Assembly: GCA_012295275.1 (NCBI GenBank)
Contig: CM022671.1
Coordinates: forward strand, 16,740,001 to 16,804,000
Direction: 5' to 3'
Source: Chrysomallon squamiferum
Taxonomy: Eukaryota > Animalia > Mollusca
Length of the DNA: 64,000 bases
The first letter of the stretch is position 1, and every line of letters starts with the position of its first letter. Positions 1-12,658 of this stretch are shown piece after piece. Both the position numbers and the translations under genes were made by a program. Below the pieces are notes generated by a model. It saw only the letters and a list, made by a program, of their open reading frames with translations, did no database searches and had not been told where the DNA came from.

Positions 1-3000
1 AAAAAAAAGAAATTCTGTTTAAATATTGGTTTTAATTATTACAACTCTTGTTAATTCAAGTTTTGGGTACTTTTGTTTTTATTATTCTTATTTTATTTTT
101 ATTTTTTTGGTCTGAACTTTTGGCACGGTTGTAATTCTGTTAAACAAATAATAATAAAAAAAATTATATTTATATGCAGTAAAACTTAATGATTTTATTT
201 TTTTTTTAATATCAGTTTTAATTATTACAGCTGTTACTAATTAAATTTGTTCTTAACAGAATCTTACAAATTTGTGCCATTTCACTGAAAACTCTACTAA
301 GTCAGTAGACCAACTATATTTTTTCTTTGAATCAAAAATGTAATAATTAGAGTAAAAGATTTTCAGTGTATGTGTTAGTTTGAAAATATTTTTCAGTTTG
401 TACGTAAATACAGTGTAAATGTTCAGTTCTGCCTTATTATAGCCCAGAATGTTGGCATACAGCTAACAAAAACTGTTAAAATGTTATTTAGTTATGGCTA
501 ATGTCAAAACACATTGCTTTAATTTTTACTTATTCCTAGTACAGAAATTAATACTATTGAATACGAAGTATGTAACATTTTATATTTGACAGTTGTCAAA
601 ATTAAGTGGTTTTATTTTTACTTGTTCCTAGTAGAGAAACCTGATACTTTTGAAAGAGAAGATATTTTTAACTTTGTATGAAAGCATTGGTACAGCAGTG
701 GTGATTCATCTTTTTAATATCCTTATCTTCTTACCTCTATTGATAACAGACTTGTAAACATAATGCATGTATCTGTTGTAAAAATATACGTATAATCGTT
801 TACCCCCCCCACCCATATATTAATGTAGTTTTAAGAACTGAAAGTCTTGTCAGTATCTTGATGCTGGTTTGTTTTTAAAATTTATTATTATTATTTTTTT
901 TTATGTGAATTGTAAACTGACTCTTTACCAAATAGATACATTTTAATAAAAATGTATTTATGTCGTATAAGATAGTTCTTTTTTTTTTTGGTGAATATAA
1001 AAAAATTAAATAAAAGGATTGTAACGCTGTTTAAAATTAAATTAAGCAACTACGTAAAACACTATACAAGTTTGTTGTGGTGTCTGTGAAACAAAGTCAT
1101 CAATGTTTAATCTGTTACAGCCATATCATAATACTTAACAATTTCATTAATATAATATATTTAAGTTAATAATATCAAATTACAGATGGTTAACAATTTA
1201 GAATTGATTGATATATTTTTTTATATATTTTTGAAATCAATTGCTTAGAGAAATTCATAAAATTTCGTGAAATTTTAAAAGTTCTTTCATATCTTTTATT
1301 TCTTTCTTCTTCTATTCAAAATACCAAAATGTTGTGTTCAGATTGTTTATGTATAAAATCTTATTTTCCTTCTTCCTTTTACCTAATTATATTCCTAAAC
1401 TATTTGTCTTGCATTTTATCCAAATATGGAAAATTGGAAAATTAAAAAACAAAAAGAAAAAAAGAAAAAAGAAAAAAAAGAACAAAACAAACTGATTTTT
1501 ATTAAAATGTCCACAAATGTACTTTGTACACCAGAATTGACAGTTAAGAAGGCAATAAAAAAAATATTTTTCCTTGTAAATTGAGTTAAGTAATTAGTTT
1601 AGAAGTGTGCATATGTGAAGTAACTTCATTTAATGTTAACTGAGTATAAATATATTTTTAAAAATACACTTCAGTTACAACTGTTTGAATAAGTATTTTC
1701 AAAAGTAATATGACACACCTAAATTTAGTATATCTAAATTCCATTCCCCCACAACATCAATTTAAATAATCACTGTTTTATTTATTTATTAATCAGCAAT
1801 TTTGTCTAATGTTATTATTTTTATTCATAATGCTTTTAGATGAAATCCAGGTTTTGAAAAAAACAACAGCCTCCATTATATCTAAAGGTTCATTATTTTC
1901 TTAAATAAAACTAAATATTGCTAACTTTGATACTTATAACATAGATACAGAGCAATTATTCAACAGCTGAGACTTTATCACAGTAACTTGTGGTTACAAT
2001 GTAACAAAAGTCGTTTTTAAAAGGGTGTTAAAAAAAGAAAACATGATACATTATTTATCCAGTTTTGTAGACATGATACTAGTATGGATTTTAACACACA
2101 TACAGATAATTTTGAACTGGGTTTCACATGATTGTTTGTCCTACACTAAACAAGAATATTTATAGAGGATAGTATTTTCAGGCAGTGTCTAGTTAGATGA
2201 TGATAATGACCTGTTTAAAGATAATCACGGCATTTACCCTTGAAATAATTTTAATAATGTTTTTAATTCTCTGTATACATTTTTTTTTTTTTTTTTAACA
2301 TGAAAACAGATCTAGTGAAACTGCAGTGTTGCAGATGGTGATAAACAAAACCAAGTTTGTATGTATTACTGGATTAATACATTTTATTGCAGTTAACTTT
2401 ATTAGAATAAATCCTTATTAAAAACTGTTAAATTTTAGGTATGCGTCTTAAACAATGATCCAAACTGGGAATATGATAAAAATATCTTGTACATGATTCT
2501 TAAAAAAAAAAAAAAAAAAAATTAAAATAACAAAAGTCCAATCAATTACAACAGCTGCCATTGTTAACAAATTCTTTCTCATTAGGACATTGTTATTTTT
2601 TAATTGGTTGATTGTCATATGTAGATAATATATTAGTTTTCTTTTGTAATACATCCTCTATATTAACTGAGGTAAATTAGATTTAAACGTAGATTGGATA
2701 ATTACTATTTATCTATTGTATCATTGGATGATAAATAAAATTTATGTAAACCAGTTCATTGTTGTTGGGTTTGTTCTCTGTGACGTTCAAAATAATTAAA
2801 ATTAAATTGACTGTAAATTTATTTGAATTTTTTACCTGTTCTTTATGGATTACTTAAATCTCAATTTGATCCCACTCATAAAATAAATTTAAAAATATAT
2901 ATGTATACTATTGTAATAAATTTCTTTGAAGATAAATAGACTTTTGATTAATTTAAAAAAAATATTGAAAAATAAAAGATTTTATTAATCATAACAGTAC

Positions 3001-3925
3001 TGCCAGTGTCATAACTGATCCTTTTTTAACCCCTAGCAGTAAATACTGTCCACTTTGCTGGTCTCTGATAGAGAATAACACTGATAGTTTTATTGCACAG
3101 AACACATTTGAGAACTAAAAATGATGGTGCTGTAAAATTAATTTTAAAGCTCATTTCGAAAGGACATTCTCATCTATAAGAATACTTTCTTCGTACTGCC
3201 AAGAAAAGACTGGTTTCCCATTTAAAAACAGGAAATTGTACTAAAATTCTTCAGTTGATTGCAACATCACATTTTGCATGCTTATAATAATTGCTCATCA
3301 TAGCCCTAGTGTTTGTTTCTTTTAGCCCAATCTCACTAAAAATAATAAGAAAATAAGTATACATTGAATGATTGATATATATGTCTTAAAAATTATGGTC
3401 TGAGCTAGTTATGTCTATAGTGAATAGTTAACAACTGAATGTAATGAAATGTTTCAATTCCTTTTACACAAGGAGAAAAAATTCAGAACTAATAATATAC
3501 ATTTATAAACAGAGTAATGTTTATTTCTTTTTTCTTTTGCAAAACAGTGGTTAAATGATTTTTGGTTCAAGTAACATAGCACAGATGAATGTAAGAATTC
3601 TATGGCTTTGTTAAAAACTTTGAATATAGCTCTTGATAGGGCAACAAAATGAAACCTTTCATAATAATCTCCTTCACCATTTCCTCAGATAGCAGTTTCA
3701 TTCAGTAATCAGTGATGGATACTAAAGGGAAAGTCATCTCAAGTAAATCTTCAAACAATTTAAAAAAACAAAACAAATAATAAATATCAAATATATTTTA
3801 TTCAAATGATTAGCAGTTTCCTTCATTAATATGAAACACTGAACTACTTGTTATTTTAACTGATGTTTCTTTTTTAATTGTCTGTGCAATGATTAAAATA
3901 AAACCTTTTTTTTTTTTTAAAAATA

Positions 3926-4265
3926 TCATAAATCTGTGCTTGTAGCTGTTGTCCAGTCATTGAACAAATGGCGAATGGACCGCAAACCTACAGTAACAGA
4001 ACTCTGAAAAAGAAGTAACTTCTGTTAACTAAAAACATGCGAAATATGTTGACTTTAATGCCTATAATTTACCTACAAACCAAACTTAGTTTGGCAAAGC
4101 TAATATTCACAAAGGACAGTTAACAATTAAAGACTTTTAAAAACACTACATATATCACATATAATCCAGTGGAAAATAAGACTGCAGATATATATACTTA
4201 AGAAAAGAAATTAAAATTTTTTTTTTTTTAAAACCTGTTCTACATACTGTAAAATAATTCTAAAC

Positions 4266-4296
<31 letters not shown>

Positions 4297-7200
4297 TTTT
4301 TTATTATTATTATTTTTTTAATAATTTTTGCATCTTTTACCTGTTTAAGTGATTTAGAAAAGCTGATGTTACTACTGTCTAGCAATCTAGGAGCAAGTAT
4401 CTTCAGGACTAGCAACCAGCCTGGGCACCCAGCACCTGCGCTGTTCTCCTCCAATGAGGCTGACAGTGAATCTGGCTTATTACAGGCAGTGCTGGTCTCT
4501 GCAGAGCCAAGTGGCTCCGAATTTAAAGTAATCCATGGACACCAAAATCTGTGTTCTTCTACTGGGTCAAAAGAACTTTTAGCTGGGCTCTCCTGTAAAA
4601 AAAAAAAAATGATTTTTAGAAAGATGGATGTTTTCATGATAGAAGTATAACAGGACTTATGTCTTAACTATAATTATCAATTAAACTTAAATAATATTTG
4701 TTTTTAAAAACTGAAACTAGTAATTAACAGTATTTATTTTTTTAAAGTTATTTGTATTTATGTGTCTTTATTACAGTTTGTTGGGATGATAATGTTGGAA
4801 ATGTTTCAATTAAACAATAAAACAAATTGGTTAGCAAGGATGAATTGAAAGATAAATATATGGGACAGAAAGTTTTATACTTACAAAAAGAAAAGCAAAA
4901 ACAACAAAACCAAAAATAAACACTAAAAAACACTTACCATTCTTGCTCTCTTTGGAGATGATTCTTCACCGTCTTTGTCGTCTGATTCTTGACTGTAAGT
5001 AGACCATGGTCTGAAGTTCCAAAGTCCAACATGACGTTGACAGTGGCTGCACATGATAACATCAGCCATGTCACTGAAATTTAAAAACAAAAGGAAAAAT
5101 AAATCAATAATTATTTATTTTGAACATCTATGACAAAGCCAAGGATGAACGTAATGAAGTTTGAGTAATCATATAATCTATATAAAAATATGATAGCTTC
5201 AGATGTCTGGAATCAAAATGTCATCCTTAAAAACATCACAATCACTGATTTATTACTGGCAAATGTTGCTTTTAGAAAATCAACAAAATAATCTCTGAAA
5301 TATACTAATTAATATTATATCTATTTACCTTTTATTTAAGATTTTAGATACTGATTGCAGACTCATGTAAACTGTAACTAAGTATATAAAGCAATATACT
5401 CATATAAGACTGACTTGCTTGTAGACAATTTACATTAGTTTTTCTGTTACAACACATCCTCTATCAACTGAGGTAAAATAAAATTTAGGTAAACCAGTTC
5501 ATTGTTTAATTCATATTTTATAATTAAAGCATCATAAATTTGTAGCTGGTATCCAGTCACTGAAGTAATGGCAAATCGACTGAAAACATACTGCACTGGG
5601 ATTCTGAAAAATTTGTTTAATTCACATTATACTGTATTATGACATTAGGGGAAGCTGATTTAGAATGGAATGTTGAGTTGTTACCTGTGACTCCACCCAG
5701 TCAGCGCCATGGCCACAGCAGTTTTCACAGAACTTGTGTCTGACTTTTCTATCTGGTAGGCTAACTGTGAGCAACGAGAACTGGAAACATTCTGGAAACA
5801 AACAGTTCTTAATGAAGCTAAACAACTAACTGAAGTATCTGGTTTATCTACAAAATTAATACCTCTGATCACATTTACATGTTGGTTGCATGAACAAAGT
5901 ATTGATAAATTTTGTATATTTCCATATTATTATTATCAGTGCTTTTCTGAAGTTTAAGTAATCCATGTTCTGTACAATGGGAAAGTTGAAAGTACTCAAA
6001 TTATTTTTAACATCATTATTCAGTTACTTCATATTTTGCTTTTAGCCAGTGTTGGTCAAGAAAAGAACCCAATAATAAATATTAATAAAAGAAATACTGA
6101 AAATCCATTATTTGGCAATACCCAAGGTACACCTTTAAAAACTGAAATATGTTTAAAATTACCTAAGATTCTGAGAACCATTTAAACACAATCAGATCAT
6201 GAATGATCAATGTAACAGAAAATTTGTGGTTTAAACATCTTCAATATTAACAACACTAACCCATTTTTCAAATGTCTCGTAATTAAGATCTGGCAAATTG
6301 CTGATAATTTTCTTCAGCTGGGCTAATCTTTCTCTGAAATCTTTACGAACTTCTTTCTGATCATAGTGTGGAATTTGCTTATATGAATCTAAATAAAAGA
6401 AAATACCAAAATATTACTTTTTTTATAGAATCATTAGGGGTAAAAATAATCAAGGCATAAAATAAAACTTTAAAATATTTGTAAACCTACTATTGCTAAT
6501 TTAACCCAATACATAGAAGAATATATTTATCCTATCAGGAAGATTTCCAGATACATTAGTTGTTTTTTGCTTCTTTAGTTTTATCAATATTTGTTTTTCA
6601 ACCAGACTTTCTGACCAATAACTATGAATTAATTTCACCTTAATGTGAAAAAAAAAGGAAATAAAGAGAAACAAAAAAAAGTAGAAAAAGGTAATTAGGG
6701 AATTAAAAAAAATGAAGCAAATACTTTTCCTTTGAATAACCAATTATTATTTATCTGTATTATTATTATCTTTGGCAAGAAATGCTATAGCAAATAATAT
6801 TTAATTATTTAATTAAGATATTTTTCCAGAAGTAAAAACATTTTTCTTACACATCTGGGGTACAGAGATGAGAAAACAAACTTGTGTGAATTAGAAATCA
6901 CTGACCTGATGAAGGGTTTGAGGACCAAGAACATGTTTTTAAATGACGAGACATCAAGCTATCTTTTAATGTTTCACATTCTTCTTTGACTGAAACAAAG
7001 TTAAAAACAATATTACATTAAAAACATGTAAAAAAGAAAAAGAAATCTTGTATTATATGGTGTTATATTGCATGAAACTGTTCTATGTAATGTATTGTAT
7101 AGTACTGCACTGCACTAAACTATTACTACACTATACCACTTATACATCTGTACACACACACACACACATAGATAGATGCCTTTAACATATACCTATGTTT

Positions 7201-10200
7201 GTTTGTAAGTATATATGTATTTAACATACCAGAAAAGTAAGATGCACCTGTAATTTAACTGTATACTTACAAGTGGGGTCATCTACAGTAGGAAGTTTTG
7301 CTGTAAAAGACATTTTACAACCCACACACTGCAATGTGTCATCGTCAACATTCTCCCAGCCATACTGGGCACACACTAGGGGAGACAGCTCAATAGGTTT
7401 AGAAAACCATTTTAATGGATAAACAAGGTCAAGGAAGATCAACTGAACTAAATACAGGGTCATTCAAAAATCCCCACTACATTTTCAAATTTTAATTAAA
7501 TGAAAACAGCTTTACAGATTTTAACAAAATTAGTTGAGAACTTTCTATAGACTGCTACAGTTTGTCCCATAATGAAAAAATCCCTCTTCTTCTGTTTTCT
7601 GAAGCTCTGTAGACTTCAACGTGTACACCTTCTTTTTTCAAATCCGAAAAGCCATTTTCATTTAATTAAAACTTAAAAGTGTAGCGGGTCTTTTGAATGA
7701 CCCTGTACTTTAACAAAATAAAACAATCTTCCCCCCCCCCCACTGAATTTTAAGGTGTAAAAAATAAAAACCAAAATAAATAAATGCTGAAAATATATGA
7801 AAGATTGTCATGATAAAATGAAACATAATTTCACACAAAATAAATATTTATATAAATTATCAAGCAAAAACAAATACAGAATAAATTAACATTTTTAAGA
7901 CTTCATTATAATACAATATTAACTGGACACAGGGTGAATTCAGTCCTGTTTTAAATGTGTTTGGAATTACTGAAGAGCAGGAGCTTCAATCTATTATTAA
8001 TAGAGCCTCATTTTAAAATAAATAAATTAATAAATGAAAAAGGATACTGTAAATGTTTTAACTCTTTTGAAGTATGCTTCTTTGCTGCGATGTTCTAGTG
8101 AAGCTTTGGTGCTGCTGTCTGTTCGTGTCGTCTCTTTGTTTTTTTCATCTTTATCATCTCTGAAATTTACACAACAGAATTAAATTGTGCTGAAATAATT
8201 ACCAATGAAATAAATAAGCGAATACACAAAACCTTTTGCATTCTGAAAATGATCAAATCAGAGAGATTCATGACAGTCAAAGTTCTATTGTTCAATAAGT
8301 TGCCAAAAAACAACTCAAACACACTTATAACTGTGCGTTTTATCATAAACTGGATTTATGAATACACATGTCACTTCAACATAAGAATTAAATAATAATT
8401 AAGAATGGTCAGTATCATTAACAATAAAATATTCTACATGACTATCAAGGAAAAGTTGAAAATATGGCAGGATTTAAATTATTTGCAACACTGGTACTCA
8501 GTTACTGCATATACATTCAGATTTACTGGATCAGATGTGTAGGGAAAGATGAAATAACTCCCAGAACAAATTAGTATCAATCAAAAACAATCTACTGAAT
8601 CTAATAATATGGCCATTTATAGAAGAGACTGTCATTCTATGTCAATTCACCAAATAACCAATTCAGATTTTTATTTGGTCTGGTGATTTGATACTGAATG
8701 ACCCTTCTGCATTTTCTGGGAGATACATGCCACTGAGCAAAGAAGGCTTGTATTGTGATGGCTGTAGTCATTAGCATCACCACATTTGCCAACAATATTT
8801 GCATTTTAGAGTGCAGAATGGCTGTGACTAAGAGGATGTAAACAGACCCATACCCAAACATAAATACCAAACAATATCAAAACTAAGTGACTAAATGAAA
8901 GTAGGACATTTTGGCCATAGATGTTTTGACCTAAGACCTTTCAGATTGGAAAATTTTGGCCATTTCAACCATCTCCAGGAAATAATAAATAAAATGTGAA
9001 AATCAATGGCATTTTAAAATTAATTATATATTACCACAATATTTAAACTGCTACCACAACATTATATATAGTTATGAATGTTGACTATCTCGCAAGGTGT
9101 GTCAGATACACCAAAGGAATTCAGGAATGGACTTAAGCCCAGAGGTCCTGTACTCACACAGAGGACCAATCACATTTTGGTTCAGATACCATGTTCATAG
9201 TAGAGCAGGATACCACAAACTCAATCACACTTAGAATGATTGTCTGACAAGAGCTAATGCATTTGTTTGTTTACTAGGTTGACATCATACATGTTCCGCT
9301 GAGTAGGTGATTAATGCCTTCAGAAATATGATCTAAAGGAAGAAAGGCAAGTACATCTATCTGGCTACAAACCAGATGAAAATCATCATCAGTTTCACAC
9401 AGATTACTAAGAACAAAGACTGAATCTTTTTCCAAGTGGTTAAAAACATCAAATGTTCACATGGTCAGCAGACAGAATGGATAATGTGTTCTATACCCCA
9501 CTCTATACCCCACTCAATCAACTATTGCATATCCTGCTCTCTCTGAACCATGAGTTTATATTTAGTCTTGGTCTTATGCTGAAGCTGAGCTTAGGGAAGT
9601 GGTACCAAAACACCATTATTGTCCTTGAATCACCTACAGTTGATGGAATAGGCTATGAAAGTAATGTTTGTTGTAACAATACACGTGTACAATGGCATTT
9701 ACGATTCAGGGTCTGAAGTGAAAGGCACTGAACTGACATTTAACTTGATTTCACTTGTGTCAGATTCGATGTTATCATCTAACTGTCATTTGTACGTGTA
9801 GTCTTTGAGCTCCAGTTATGACAGTGGGCTCTGTAGTTTCGTTGGTGTCACTGTCATGGTTTCTGGAATTTCTGCAATTTCCGTGACGTGCTAAAAATTT
9901 GTATGTTAACCAGCTTTTTCAATAAAGATTAAAGCTCTATCTGTCGTATCTCTTGCATCTTTGGCAGCGTTGGCATAAATATTAAAATGATCATTTTGAT
10001 TTTTGGAGATGAGTTCTTATGGTTTTATTATGAATAAAATTGGTTAAATTAAATTGTCCGCCATTTACTTTATCTGTTTAGAATGGAAATCAAAGATAAT
10101 AATACATTATTTTTTATTTTCAAAGTGGAATTGCAATCAAGTGGCGTTAGCACCAGTGTTTTACTAGTTACCTGTTGCTGTGATCGTTTGTTTTTTCACG

Positions 10201-10269
10201 ACTGAAAAATGAAGAAACAATTTGTCTGACTTTATCAGGTGTCACTGTTTTCCTATCTGAGTTTGCCAT
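3926..10269 (-). CDS. ZC3HC1: ZC3HC1/NIPA zinc-finger C3HC nuclear basket protein, 9 coding exons, ~380 aa
   Basis: Phase-consistent exons 10269-10172, 8159-8048, 7418-7271, 6989-6906, 6388-6261, 5791-5685, 5073-4938, 4592-4341, 4003-3926 (1143 nt). Motifs match NIPA/Rsm1: TPDKVRQI, SKEAYFKRVKTFT-PLKWFSKPIELSPLVCAQYGW, CVGC..HLKTCSW, ALTGW, CSHCQRHVGLWNF, PKRARM, FDPVEEHRFWCPW. Confidence 0.92.
5360..5610 (-). pseudogene. Diverged duplicate of ZC3HC1 terminal exon plus 3' sequence, inside intron 6
   Basis: 5603-5532 encodes NPSAVCFQSICHYFSDWIPATNL* versus the real last exon SSVTVGLRSIRHLFNDWTTATSTDL*, with the same ttttcAG acceptor. 5420-5505 matches blocks at 2620-2680 and 2737-2763. Confidence 0.75.
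7419..8047 (-). other. U12-type (minor spliceosome) intron, apparent GT-AT termini
   Basis: On the - strand the 5' splice site is GTATCCTTT (8047-8039). Branch site TTCCTTGAC lies at 7436-7428, followed by CTTGTTTAT and then exon CCATTAAAATGG (PLKW). Confidence 0.8.
7455..7705. mobile_element. Tc1/mariner-type MITE (251 bp)
   Basis: TIRs CAGGGTCATTCAAAA ... TTTTGAATGACCCTG extend imperfectly for ~60 bp. TA is present on both sides (7453-7454, 7706-7707). Confidence 0.85.
8900..9660 (-). mobile_element. Degenerate Mutator-like (MULE) transposase remnant in ZC3HC1 intron 1
   Basis: Manual translation with stops and frameshifts gives FKDNNGVLVPLP*AQLQHKTKTKYKLM (~9630-9548) and TWKK/IQSL..ETDDDFHLVCSQIDVLAFLPLDHISEGINHL (~9440-9301), resembling the animal MULE WRKIQ..LAFLP region. 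Short ttttggcc/ttttgacc repeats lie at 8903-8965. Confidence 0.65.
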
Positions 10270-10411
10270 CTTTAATTTACACACTACCTGAAGCTAAATG
10301 TCTAATTTCGTCTAATATTCACGTCATTCGTTTACGCTCTAGTCTCACTGAGACCTTTATCTTATTGTCCAATCACAAAACCTGTTATGAAACACTGATA
10401 TGCTATTAAAG
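10270..10411. promoter_or_regulatory. Bidirectional promoter between ZC3HC1 and KLHDC10 (142 bp ATG to ATG)
   Basis: Divergent start codons at 10269 (-) and 10412 (+). CCAAT at 10369-10373, CACGTCA at 10320-10326, and both starts lie in ATTAAAGATGGC. Confidence 0.75.
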
Positions 10412-11002
10412 ATGGCGCTGCCCATGAAAATCTTGGATTTTGTCACTGTTAACCCATCCGTCAAGTTGGGTTCGTCTATTTCAATTCTATATTAATTTAT
10501 TGTTCTTCAGTGAACTGCTCCCATTGCTGTATCGCTTCTGAGGAGTCCATGCATTAAATAAGTTAAAATGCCCCGCTGTATTTGTTTTTTTTAATGTGGG
10601 GTGTATATGTTTCCGCGATAATTAATTATCGTTATGTTCTTGAGAAAACGTTCGCACACACATACAAATACACAAAAAATCTTAAAATAGAAATAAAGAA
10701 TTAATAATAATTACACAAAAGTTTATTCAAGAAACGGGTGGAACGACCGGAACTATCCCATATATTAAGATAATTGCTGATTTGACATTCTTCAAAAATA
10801 AGGATTGGGAGACACTTTCAAACAGTCACTGTTACTGAGTTAGCAACCATTACTATATGGCATTAGTCTGATTAGAGTTTCACTATTTTCATCTGACATT
10901 ACTATGAACAATATTTTTAAATGTTATTTCCTTCAGTTTAAGATACATGTTTTGTAATTAAAGTAAATTATTAGTTCAGGATATGGTTGCTTAATTTTTA
11001 AA

Positions 11003-11034
<32 letters not shown>

Positions 11035-12529
11035 ATCAGTACAACACTAAAATTAATGTTTTAAATTACTGTTTCAGATTGGGTTGCTGTTAATGAACAA
11101 AAGGTGCCTGTTGAAAGAAGTGGTCATCGAATTGTTGTTGATGATGACAATTTGTATTCATTAGGAGGATACAACCCAGAATTCTGGAACATTCGTAACA
11201 CAGAAGATACATATTATCCATTATTTAAAGAGGTAATTTGTTTAAATTATACAATTTATTTTTATTTGGATAAATTCATATTTAATTATTTCTTACTTTG
11301 TATCAGGTTTATAGAGTTTTTGTACAGAATTATCATGATTTATTTACTTAAGTAACGTTTTTACATGAGAAACATATAATGATTTAAAAGCATCATTAAA
11401 TGGATCATCATATTGAAGTCAGTTTAAAAACAAATGTTATTATTGTTTTATCAGAGTATATTAAGCATCCCATATTAACAACATTTTTATTAGAGGATGT
11501 TCAGTATCCATACTAATATTGTTTTCTTCGAATATGCTTTGTATCCCATAGTATTTTTGTTTAGTAAGAGGATGCTGTTCAGTACCACCCTATTTCTGCT
11601 GTGGAAAGTAATGTATTTCATAATTGCTAGTGTTCTTTTAGAAAACCCACCAATAAATATTTAAAATTAATCCAGTTCTGATAACATTGTCCCAGTTCTG
11701 GCAAGGATGAAAGATTTAGTTTGGTGGAAAAGCACTGCTGATTACAAGTTCAGTCCTTATCATTGATCTGTCTGGGCCCTTTAATTAAAATCCTTACAGC
11801 CATTTACTTGGTTTATCAGTAGCCATGAGATGTGATCTGTATCTGTAGGAACAACCCATATAAACTCCAGAGTTTTCCAACATTTGATGAAATATGAGTA
11901 CTTATAAATTATTTGTATTAGTACATAATTTGGTGTTCTATCAGATGTATTTTAATTTATTATAATTTTTCTTAAATTCAGGTATGGAAATTTAATTTTT
12001 CTACTCGTAAATGGACAAAAATAAAAACGAAAGGATCACTGCCATTGGAATTAGCATCACATGCAGGTAAACAAGAACGGCAGATTTTGTTTATTTAACT
12101 TTTTAATATCTGTGTGTGTGTGTGTGTGTGTGTGTGCACGTGTATGTTTGTGTATGTAAATGAATTTTACTATCTTTAATAAAATAAGATTTAGATGGTG
12201 TTTTTTCATTTTTCATTTTTATTTTTGTTTTTTAATAATCTGTATACATTGTATTTACCAATCAGTGTAAAAATATTTTAACTCTGCCCATTAAGTATGC
12301 ATTAATAAAACAGATATATAATGTAAAATATTTTATTTTCGTATTGCAGCTGTTAGAGACCGCAAGAATATGTTGACATTTGGAGGGACTGGTATTCCGT
12401 TTGGAGAATCAAGCAGTAATGACTACATGTACTTAACCTGGAAACATACAAATGGCAACATTACACATGTACAGGAGAACATCCTGAGCAGAAATATGGA
12501 CATGTAAACCTTACACATTGCTTTTATAA

Positions 12530-12565
<36 letters not shown>

Positions 12566-12622
12566 CTATTAAAAAAGGTTCTCTAATGATAAATTAATGT
12601 CTTTAAGACCTATAAGGCTTAA

Positions 12623-12658
<36 letters not shown>

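Noticed and set aside
1-3900. AT-rich stretches with polyadenylation-like signals (also 40500-44300 and 61100-64000)
   Set aside because: Probably 3'UTRs of ZC3HC1, FGD, TRMT44 and flanking genes, but the ends cannot be placed from sequence alone and no coding or structured RNA signal was seen.
8640-8870. Possible decayed gag-like Cys/His knuckles on the - strand (GKCGD..H..CSVAC..GHSV)
   Set aside because: The spacing is too degenerate to call without a profile search.
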